A DNA stretch of 64,000 nt from contig NIVC01000462.1 in the NCBI GenBank assembly GCA_002269645.1, positions 57,143-121,142 on the forward strand, in the 5' to 3' direction. The notes below the pieces were generated by a model. The model was not told where the DNA came from, made no database searches, and was given only the letters and a program-made list of their open reading frames with translations. The position numbers and the translations under genes were made by a program. Positions 11,834 through 22,359 of this stretch are shown one piece after another. The DNA comes from Macrostomum lignano. Taxonomy: Eukaryota. Every line of letters begins with the position of its first letter. Positions within the stretch are counted from its first letter, which is position 1.

Positions 11834-14009
11834 CCAAGCAGCGCACAAATTTGTTGACTGGTTGACTGGCTAACTAAAGTTCTGTACTGGAGAATGAAGT
11901 TGTGCGATGTCTGCGATTTACCCCATAATAGGAAATTCATCCATAGACTGACTGCGAAATCAGAATTTAATGTAACATGCGTCACTGAATAGATAACCAT
12001 TCTTATTCAACCCTTTCGTTGCTTTTTGAATTTTGACAAAATGATTGTTTCTTCGTAATCTAATGGGATTCAGTTTTTCTAAAAATTGATTCACTAATTT
12101 ACAAATGTAATTTAATTGCTAACCCCGCTTAAACCGCCATTGTCTACCAGAATTTATTAATATCAACGCTTTTTATTAGCTTGCATTTCTAGTTCATTAG
12201 TATACTAATAAACAACACTAATTGGTATATAGTGTTGCCCCACTACATGCATATAATCTGGAAACTTCTTACGCTCTCCATTATGCCGAAAATTGTAACA
12301 TTTTAGAAGCTTCCTTCGAGCACAAAAAGAAACACCCTACTGTACTATCTCTCACTCGTTCTGATTACTACTGCGCCCCAAACTAACTACTCCTCGCTAC
12401 CGAGCACTCTGTTGACTTGGTTCCTACCGATAACAGGGTTCTCTGTTCGTTCAATTACCATAGATACAACAGTTCATATGTATCGTAGGTGCCAGTTATA
12501 TTCCCCCACTATAGTAGAAATCGGACTTTAGCAACAGAAAAGTAACAAGGATGGGAAACTGGCGGTTTATCAGGGAAATACGAGCAATGCCTCGGCTCTT
12601 CAGTCTCATCAGGAACCCTATTATGAACAGAGATTTTGTCCGCTAAAATCTTCAGAATCCATGCAGTTCTTTGGTGCAGGAGACCGACAATTGACCTCCA
12701 GATTTCACTTGGAATGCAACGGCGGTCAAATTGTCTGGCGGTTAAATTGTGGCGGTCCAATCGGCGTAGACCCCGATCTAGTTCAGTCTCAGTACCATAT
12801 AGTTTCAATTCCCAGCTTCATCGGGCGGTAATTTGCTTATACACCAGGCGCTTCTAAGCCAGCGCCGTACACGCAGAAACTATCTCGGTCTCTCTCCCCT
12901 GTACCGCCTCCGGTGAAGCTGTACTTCAGTCTATTACCTACTATATAACATATATATATACCTTGATGGCTTTTGCCCTTTTTTCTTCTCCCTGGATGTG
13001 TTAACGATCTATTTAGCTGTAATATTATTCGAAAGTAAACGTAATTTCTGTCTGCAGGATTTTTCTTGACTGTGTAATCTTTTTAAAATTTATCCTGGCT
13101 TTCTTCGTTCTAAGTAATTAAAAACTCCCTAGCTGCCTTTGGCAGTAAAAGCATATGAAAGCTGGAAGGCTGCAAGAAAGAGTGTGAGGTTTGTGAGGTG
13201 TGTATAAGTGTGTAAAGTGTGTCATGATGTGTGTGAGGTGTGTGTATTGAGGGAAGATCAGCAGGGGGAGAGGGGGTCGTCCTGCAGCAACGCCAGAGCT
13301 GGTTGGAAACTCTGCAATGGGTCCATATCCATCGGATATTTGGGCGCAGGCCATGGAACTGCTGTGCATGTCCATGACTTCCCGCTCAAGCAGCAGGCCA
13401 AGCCTTTAACGCGGCAGGAGGCGGGCTTACGCAGGTTTCAATGATGATTCTGATTGCCACCACCTGCTCTCAGTAGTTGACCTGTCACTCTGTGAGGCTA
13501 GCATGCGCACGTTGAGCCCTAGTAGCAGGTAGTTTCGCAGCACGTCGTTCAGAAAATTTTTGAGAGTGCACTTCGAGGGCGATCCCGCGCTGGCTGATGG
13601 AGTTTGTCTTTATTGGGGATGGAGATGATCTTTGAGATCTTCTATACTGCATGGCGGCAGATGTGGACTCGTCACCACCAAGACAGCAGTGGCGGTTGAG
13701 CAGTCTGATCAAAGAAGATCAGGCAACTTCAGAACTCTCGGTCGGATTCCGTCAACTCCAGACGCAGCGTCAGGGGGGCAATATAGAAGGATTGGGTGTC
13801 AGGCCGGGTGTCAGGCCGGGTGTCAGGCCGGAGGCTGGTGGGAGAAGCAGACGAGGCTCGAGCGCGTTCAACACCAGCTAGTAGTGCGAGGCTACCAGCT
13901 GCTTTCGATTTTCCTGTGACTTGGCAGCGACGATTGTGTTGGGCTTCTCTCTGCGACCGCTCAGCCTGTTGATGGAGCGCTAGCTATGCTGTCAGTTCAC
14001 AGTCAGTTG

Positions 14010-14501
14010 CAGGGGCGTCGCCATGGATTTAATGGTGGGGGGACAAAGCCAAGAATTCAATATGTACATGTACATGACTAAATTTTGGTACTCATTTTAG
14101 TGCCGCAAGCACTCATTTTAGCGCTGCAGGCACTCATTTTAGCGCTGCAGGCACTCATTTTAGCGCCGCAGGCACTCATTTTGGCGCCGGAGGCACTCAT
14201 TTTAGCGCTGCAGGCACTCATTTTGGCGCCGGAGGCACTCATTTTAGCGCCGGAGGCACTCATTTTGGCGCTGCAGACACTCATTTTAGCGCCGCAGGCA
14301 CTCATTTTGGCGCCGCAGGCATTCATTTTAGCGCCACAGACACCCATTTTAGCGCCGAAGGCGCAATAATTTGGCGCCCTGTATAAAAATTACTGATTAC
14401 CACAAGGTGGGGTGGTGGGGACAAAGCTTGGCATGTCCCCCGAGAGCTTTTACTGGGGGGGACATGTCCCCCCTGTCCCCCCCCCGGTGGCGACGCGCCT
14501 G
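14010..14501. mobile_element. Non-autonomous hAT-type DNA transposon (MITE), 492 bp
   Basis: 14-bp TIRs CAGGGGCGTCGCCA / TGGCGACGCGCCTG (13/14 match); perfect 8-bp TSD GTCAGTTG at 14002-14009 and 14502-14509. An 8-bp TSD with CAG..CTG ends is typical of hAT. Confidence 0.88.
14088..14368. repeat. 21-bp minisatellite inside the hAT MITE, ~13 copies
   Basis: Unit GCACTCATTTTAGCGCCGCAG and variants. Confidence 0.93.
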
Positions 14502-15529
14502 GTCAGTTGGATCTCAGCTACCGCCTCTCCGGTTTAGACTTCAGCCTGCTGCTTATGTGCTTATTGGCTCAGAGCCTGCCTGTAAGATCCTGAGGGTGTT
14601 GTTATGACTGAATCATTGTCCCACGTAGAAACACTTTTGGGCTTGCGAGATTCTCGCAGCACAGAAGCACCAGTTTGGATGGCCATTAAAAAGGCCTCGG
14701 GTGAAAAGTTTGCCGGTGCAGCTCATGGCTTGCGATCCCTGCATCCTTACTAGTATTTGACAAAGCTAATAGAGAAATCCAATTAAAAGTACATATATTA
14801 TTATTTTAACAGCAAACGTATAATTTATTCATCAACTACACTGTTTGTAGTCACCGATATCGATCTATGATCAATGGATCGATGAAGACTGGAAAATAAA
14901 TTGTTTCAAAACGCTGAGTTATGGAGGCATACGTTATCCCGATTTTTGAGGCAACCATATACATGTCAGAGCCTCTAAAAAGTTTATGATGAGGACGCAC
15001 TTTTTTCCAAATCCCGCGCTAGCACATGGGCTCTAAACTTACTTGCCTACTAACAGTGGGCAATGGGCATTTTTATCCTTTTTCTGCGAATTTTCATAGA
15101 ATCTATACTAGATATAATGTTTGGTCATACTAGTAGTCATAATAACATAGGTACAGCTTTTTGGGTCATAAATCATCGCTTTCGAAGCTGGTCTGACAGC
15201 CACCTGCGCCTCACTCAGTGTTGAGGCGGGCGCCAGATGGTCTGAGAGGATGCGGGCGGTAGCTTTTTTCTCATCATTTTGACAGGCCATCAAGATTTAT
15301 GAGGTCAGAGCCTATTGTTCGTGTTCACTCAAGCGTGTGACAGCTTTGACAGCTATGCGTTTTACCCCTAAAAGTACTTTGGGATTAGCGATTAGCGATT
15401 TCTCTTCATTATCTTCACTTTCTATTCAATAAGAGCTTTCTAATGTATATTTTTTCATTAATTTCCGTCAATCCTACGCGAAAAGTCATAAATCATTTTG
15501 TTGCGATTTTGAGTGATTTATGGCCGCAC

Positions 15530-16203
15530 CTGTCATCTTTTTACGACCCTGTGGGAACTGATAGGATCTCTCGGTCACGTGATTCTGGGTAGCAACGAGC
15601 TTAGCCAATCAGAAAATTCGGCGCTCATTTTAACAAAACGGCTCAGCCAATCAGAATCGTCGTGTTCCATTATAACAAACTGCGGTCCAGTTGGCGGCTA
15701 TTTAAACCGGAGTTTTTGGCCCGCTCGGACTCAACTTTGGCTCGGGCCCAGCGCGCAACTTCTGGTTCCCGGAGCACGACCGTCGTTTCTTGATCCCCGG
15801 ATTGCGACTTCCCCCCATCATCATCAAGGACGAGTCCCCTCGGTCATCAGCAGTGAACGTCAAAGGGAAGAGCATCACCTGCTAGCTATCAGCGAAGAAT
15901 GTGACATCAGCACCATCCCGGGTCTACAGCTGCGAAGCACTAAGCCGATTCGGTCACTGTGGATTTCCTGGTCTCCGGCTGTTGAGTTTCTGATTGGTTG
16001 GGTGAGAGGCTACCTAGACTTGCTTGATTGGGTGATCCCTTATCTGTCCCCTGTTTCAGTAGCTGGATTAGGCGCACACTTTTGCTCATTTTGTTCAGTA
16101 GTGCTGTTGCTGAGGCAGAAGTCATTCAATAATACTGCTAGTAGTCTAAACTCCAATTCAATCTGAAGTGTGAAGTGATCTAAGGAGAAGGTTAAATCTA
16201 ACA
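15530..16203 (+). promoter_or_regulatory. Promoter-like / possible solo-LTR segment
   Basis: Two GCCAATCAGAA boxes (~15604, ~15645), TATTTAAA at ~15700, ends ..GTTAAATCTAACA like an LTR 3' end. No TSD or partner LTR found. Confidence 0.3.
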
Positions 16204-17384
16204 GTTATTGTTATCGGTTTTGTTTCTTTGTTCGCCGGTGGCTCAGATGAGTAGCTAAGCTAGTAGGCGCCGGTCACAGTGGACCAATGGCAAGGCAGTT
16301 CTCAGTCGATCAATCTATCAAATCAATGAGCAAAATTGCCAATGGTGCAAAATCGGCGCCAGAGATGTACTTTGTGCACTCTAGGGTAGCCAAGCGGCTC
16401 GGGTAATGAATAATGCGGTCTCTGAAGTTCGAGTTAGTCTATCATCAGCGCTATGAGAGGCTAGTTGGCGCGTTGAAGGCCAAAAGTACAATTCTTCGTA
16501 CCAGGTATTTAGCAATGTAATAGTACATGTAGCTACCACATAGTCTCGCCACTGCAAGAATCCCCTGCACAAGTCCCCTCTGTACCTGCATGGCCAATGC
16601 GATCAAGTCCCAGCAGTGTCCCTTATCATCGGCTATGACTTCGAGATAGACAGCAAAAAGACACTAGTTGGCAGGTAAGTGCAAAGCCCCTTCTAGTCGG
16701 AAGCCCGATTTCGAGAGTCCCGGTGTGGTGAGCCAGGACGCACGGGCTGGTGGCAGCGAGTTAGCTAATCTGCGGATTAACTAATTTCTACCTTCAAAAT
16801 TCTCCCTGCTTGTCTCTCGCTGTCCCTCTCTTAGCTATAGGACCTAGACTGCTCGCCACACGATCAAGCTACCATGGGGCTGACCATCTGACAGGAGTGG
16901 GGGGCCAGGTCTCTAATTGATTTATTTCTGAGACCTGTGGCCCGAAGGCTTCCCCACAAGGAGGCCGGAAGGTCGAAACCCATCATTTAGCGTAATTTAA
17001 AAGTGCAGCTGTCATTTTATATGTACATGTAATTAGGATAATTGAATTATTCAATTACGTACAGTGTGCAAATGTATCTATATCAATGCAGTTAAAATTT
17101 AGAGTGCACCATTTATACTGTCAAACTGCATAAATGTCGTTGACTCGTTTACTTTCATGCCACGCATTTATATTTAGAGATCAAATTCAGAAACATGTGT
17201 TTGTCTAGCATGTAAAAATAATAATAGTAATTGCTACGACTGCTTCGATCAATGGGCAGATGTGCAACCGAAAGTTCAACCGCAGCTATTGCGCGGCACA
17301 TCTGTTCGAAGACTGCGAACGGCTGTTCAGTCAAAAAGACTGCATGGGGGTCGCCACACACCTGATCTGCAATTATACTTCATG

Positions 17385-17551
17385 CCAGCGCCACTGGCAC
17401 CATATACGCTCCTATTTTACAGCTGGGTGAACTGAAGCAATTCAGAGGATAAGTGTCTTACTCTAGTACTCAATTTTTTCCCGAGTGGTTCAAAAATCGA
17501 ACCCCCAACCTTTCACTCTTGATCAGTCCGGAAAATCTAACCACTGGCTAA
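17385..17551 (-). mobile_element. tRNA-derived SINE with CORE/V-SINE-like central domain
   Basis: Minus strand: A-box-like TAGCCAGTGGTTAG, B-box-like GGTTCGATT, then GAGTAAGACACTTATCCTC..TGCTTCAGTTCACCCAGCTGTAAAATAGG, resembling the conserved central domain of CORE/V-type SINEs. Confidence 0.6.
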
Positions 17552-19684
17552 TAAAACCCCATTGCACGCACAATATACATAATTATTACCATTCATTACA
17601 TGTATTTTCAAATCTGACATATGGCCCTAGCTGTTAGTCTCTAGTATCGTCCTCCCGAGTCGTGACGTGGGATTTTGGAATTTTAATTCCGTTCGAATTT
17701 TCAGTCTACGCGTTACGCTGCATGTCAGCTCCGAATGCGGTGCAATGTTTGTAAAACCCATTTTCTATAGTGGCATTGCAAAATTATAAGACGATGTTCG
17801 AAAAATCGGCCGACGTCGGATTGCTTTATACTGTAATTAGCGGGTTTTGATTGCTACACTAAATCGTCCACTCTCGATCGCTTGTCATGCTGCGCCTGCT
17901 GCATGCGATTTGAAAGCCTGACTGCGCCTGGATCGACGTGTGCTCAAGGACGACTAATTAAGTAACTCTAAGTCGTGTGCTCTCCACTTCAGTGCAAGGA
18001 CTACTAGACTACTATAGACTATCTTCTGGCTGCAGCAGCTTCTTTCGCGGCAGCTAGCACACAGTCTCGGGCGATATTCGACTTAATTTGAGTGTCCTTG
18101 TCGAGTTCCTGACGAAAGTGTTCTTAGCTTATAGTGTAATTTCCCCGCCCCGGTGCGTCTAACACAACGTACCTTACTCAGAGAGAAACAACTGCATCAT
18201 ACAGTATAATGAATACAATTTAAACGGGTTCGTTTCAAACATGCCTGCAGGTCAGATCGACCTGAGATACACTGTATGTTGAAGCTGCTGCAGCCTTCGC
18301 TCGCAAAAGGCGTAGAGTGTATGATAAGCTATTAGCTCCAAACCAGCTGTTACTATAAAACTTGTGATTGAAATTATTTAAACTAAGGACGGTACAACAG
18401 CAGCATATGGCACGAAAGGCTTTCCATCACCAGAACTACTGCAAAGCAAATTTTAGCTAAAAATCTGGCATGATTTCACTTGAGATCAAGTTAAGGTTAT
18501 AAAATAGAATTTATACTGCTTTTTGTTAGTGGCTCTGGTTGCGGATTAAATCGCATGGTGTGTGAAAACAGGCTCTCTTTATTATCGAACTGGTGGTACA
18601 TCATCACGACAATCGTTGATTATTCTAAGAACAAAAATTAAAAAATAATCCTCGGCCATTTGACAAAAATTAAAATATTGATCAAGTCAAGTTAAGACAG
18701 TGCTAGCTCTGTTATTGATCAGTTCTCGCTTTTTGGCAAATGTTATTTGCGATTCCTAAATGTAAATGTAGAAATTTTTTTTCTTAGCTATCACACATTG
18801 GTTTTAGAGCGTAGCCTAGGCTAACATTAACATCAAGAAGTCAATCGATTTAAGAATCAAGAGCCACACGATCACTAAGTTTAAACTTTATGCACGCTTA
18901 GTCTAGGGCCTAGGCAGTTAAATTGTTTTGTCTGTACATTTGAATCTCATCATCCATCACAAGCTGACCAGGATAAAGAAAGCTTGCTAGTCTAGCCAGT
19001 CCTAGGCCTATAATATAAAAATGCCTCGTAAGTAATTTTTGTGATTAGGATACTATAATAGCAACTTGGCTTTCAAACTTGTACCTCAAATAAGACCTTG
19101 GAATCTTGGATGCAATTTTGCATCATTGCACTAGTGAAAAAACCTAGACTAGGCCTATGTGTTTTTATAAAATTACTATTTAACATCTTGACTAGTGTAG
19201 GACCAAGACTGCCACACACCAAGACCACCATACTTAGGAGCTAGGAGAGGAATCTGGCTCAATGTGTTATTAAATGGTGCGAGAGAGAAGATAAGTAGGT
19301 AGGGAAGCCAGCAAGACAAGCCTGCAAGAGAGGAACCTATGACTAGGCCTATAAGAGGAATAGCAATGAATGAATGATAGAAGATTGGTAGCTCTCCTTG
19401 GCCTTAATACCAATAGCCAATAATAGCTGTGGCAGTCTTGGTGTGTGGCAGTCTTAGTCATGTGCCTCTTGACTATTTATCTATTATCATATATTATATC
19501 CTGAAATTGTATCTTAGAGTCTGGAAAGTTACATATATATGCCAGAATCTGCTGGTATACTATTTAAATTTAAAAGTTGGGCTATTTTTGTTTACCATTT
19601 TAAGCTTGAGAAATTTTTGGTTTAAAAGTTAATGCAGTTTTTGTTATATAAATTCTAGTGAATAAATTCATGCTAGGCCCTAGG

Positions 19685-20349
19685 TCTGCGGTCATTTCGT
19701 CTGCCGCCTTTTCATCTACCAAAGAATTTTAGCAGACGAAACGACTTTTTTATTTATGTTTATTTTGGTTCACTTATTTCGTAATTTTTATGTAGGGAAT
19801 TAAAATAAATTAGTATAAGCAAGTTTTAAGTATGTTTTCTTATTTATATTGATACATTTTGTTTTTCTTCATTTTCTACGAAACCTAACTTACCTTTTTT
19901 AACACTTTGTGCATTTAAGCTACTTGTATTCGTGAATAAATTGCATGAGTTTACATTTTCTGTGCCTACAATTTCGATTGCTCCTTACATTTTACACTTT
20001 GTGCATTTAAGCTACTTGTATTCGTGAATAAATTGCATATGAGTTTACATACACGAAAAAAAAGAAAGTTGGAAGGAAACTAAATGGTTGGAACTTGGAG
20101 ATATTTGCTTCTGGCTTTGTGTATTTATATATATGCAACATATTAGCTCCGGAACTTGCAGAAAAATCCTAGCATTATAATAAATTAGAATTAATAAGAC
20201 ATTTACATTACACTTCCATGCGAAGCTTGATGACATAATTAGTTATTCCGATTTATATATTATATATATTGGCAGACAAAACGACTATATCGTATATTGG
20301 CAGACGAAAAGGCGGCAGACGAAAAGGCGGCAGACGAAATGACTGTCAA
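19685..20349. mobile_element. MITE with 23-bp subterminal inverted repeats
   Basis: GTCATTTCGTCTGCCGCCTTTTC (from 19691) vs GAAAAGGCGGCAGACGAAATGAC (ends 20343). Flanked by 12-bp direct repeat CTAGGCCCTAGG (19673-19684, 20350-20361). Internal ~55-bp direct duplication (19901/19993). Confidence 0.7.
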
Positions 20350-20722
20350 CTAGGCCCTAGGCCTAGGGCCTATGTATATACATACTTGAAAAGTTTAGTA
20401 TAAAAGTATATTTGGATTTACATTTTATAAATAAATATTATTATATTATATTTTATAAAAAATAAAGTTAATGAAATTGATTGCTTAAAATGTTTTGGGC
20501 ATTTTATGAATTCTTTCATTTTACAATCCCCATTCCTAGGCACTTTTGTTATACCATCCCTGGGTAAAAGATGCAATGAAAGAATATAGACACCAAAGGA
20601 CTAGAAACGTATCCATCAAAGAGTCAAAGTCACTGCACTAAGGCAGTTTCAAAAGCTGTCTATTTTGAAGGCAATCAAACAAAGCCTAGACAAGAGTCTT
20701 TACAAGAATAGTATAGGAGCCT

Positions 20723-21279
20723 TCCTATATTCACTTTCGTTATACAATCATTTAAATAGAGGAAGTGTATGGAAAGGGATCGGATAGGCTAACAAAACTT
20801 AGGCTTTTCATCAATTTCGTAATATGATCCCTCAAGTCAGAAATTTGTTTGCAGGGGATCGTATATCAAAAGTGAAATTTAGGTATAGTAGGCTATTAAT
20901 TGTATATGAAGTAAAAATAGTTCATACGACTTGTTTGATACCTGCCTAACACAGCCCCCTCAATTTTGTTTTAACAATCCCCTTATGGTATGGAGAGCTA
21001 TTGTTTCATGCTATCAGGGTTCATATAATGAAAGTAAAGGGAGGTAAAATATAGATGTATGTCGTATAGAACAACTTAGGAGACTTCTTTTTATCAGCCA
21101 TTGCTGAAATTTTTACAAGGTGTTTTTTTCGCATGTTAGGTACACAATCCCCTCCAAACAAATTTTTGCCTTGAGGGATCATATTACGAAATTGACGAAA
21201 AGCCCAAGTTTCGTTATCTGATCCCTTTCCATACATTTCTTCCATTTAAATGATTGTATAACGAAAGTGAATATAGGGA
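20723..21279. mobile_element. Foldback/MITE with ~140-bp imperfect inverted arms
   Basis: 20723-20862 is the reverse complement of ~21143-21279 (e.g. TATATTCACTTTCGTTATACAATCATTTAAAT / ATTTAAATGATTGTATAACGAAAGTGAATATA). Confidence 0.8.
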
Positions 21280-21999
21280 CATTCCTACTATTGCCAAGAA
21301 GATTCATGGCTTACAATTAATTAGGATAATCGTTGCAGTACCAATTCAAACTTGAGAAACATATCGCGAAACTAACTGGAATATACTCCACTGATATATA
21401 AGCAAGACTCCTATCCTTTATATAGGAGATCATATAACGAAAGTGCCATGTTCTATAGGATAAATGTAAGGGGATTGTAAAACAAAAGAATGCCATTTTT
21501 TGCATAATTAAATTTTTAAAATTATCTTTTTACAAGAAATTTTGACATATATTATAAGGACTTTTGGTTTGGTATATATTGACAATTTAAATAATATTCT
21601 TGTTCTAATGTATAATACTACATAATCTGGACCCTGTATTAGACCTTAGATGTAATTTGGCATCTTGGCACTAGCCAAAAACAATCTAAAATAAAAAATA
21701 TAAGTTGAAATAAATTTCTAAATAAAATTATTTTTTTGTTATAAGTCAACTACAAATAATTTTTTCTTTATTCTATAGCAGATAGTTTTGTATTTTATAA
21801 ATAGGTATATATTTTAGTTTTATTTATTAAATGAATATTGGAGCAAATGAGGTTTTTTCAGATGGTATTTAGCATACAAAATTAGACACTAAAAGTACAT
21901 ATTTAGCTTATACATCTGTGTGCCTAAGGTTGGATTTAAAAATGATATAGCAATAGTATATATCATACATGCGCAACCTCTGAAATTACGCTGGCCGTG

Positions 22000-22190
22000 C
22001 GACTTAGTTTTGACCAAAAATGTGACTTAGTTTTGTGACTTAGTTTGCTTCTTATGCGACTTACCTGATCCTTTTTGCAACTTAGTTGCTCCTTTTGCGA
22101 CTTACCTGATCCTTTTTGCGACTTAGTTGCTCCTGTTGCGACTTACCTGATCCTTTTTGCGACTTAGTTTGCTTCTTATGCGACTTGTTT
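22000..22190. repeat. Degenerate ~21/22-bp minisatellite upstream of the EFR3 start codon
   Basis: Alternating GCGACTTAGTTGCTCCTTTT / GCGACTTACCTGATCCTTTTT units. Confidence 0.75.
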
Positions 22191-22359
22191 TTCTTTTGCT
22201 TCACCATTTTTCCTTGAACCGCTCTTTTTTTGCTTTCCTGTTGCCTTTCTTTCTTGGTTCTTGTGTTTTTCTGTTTTTGGTTGACTCAATTTTGCAACTT
22301 ATCCCTGGTCAGCCACAATTTACGGTGGCCGGATCGGCCAGCTCGGCCAGCAGTTGCGC

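Larger units (their letters stand above)
7870..12680 (+). repeat. Diverged tandem segmental duplication (two units plus the start of a third) carrying the glycine-zipper genes
   Basis: Homologous non-coding blocks: 8030-8110 vs 10783-10880; 9925-9960 vs 11872-11905; 10422-10482 vs 12503-12564; 10581 vs 12631 (GATTTTGGCCTCTAAAATCCTCAGAATCC-like). Confidence 0.8.

Noticed and set aside
13780-13975. Possible LINE remnant (minus strand ..SINRLSGRREKPNTIVAAKSQENRKQL..) with a 12-bp x3 repeat
   Set aside because: Too short and interrupted by stops; no diagnostic RT or endonuclease motif, so it cannot be supported without a search.
15513-16166. 217-aa ORF
   Set aside because: Non-ATG start, no recognisable motif or codon signature; overlaps a CCAAT/TATA-rich promoter- or LTR-like segment.
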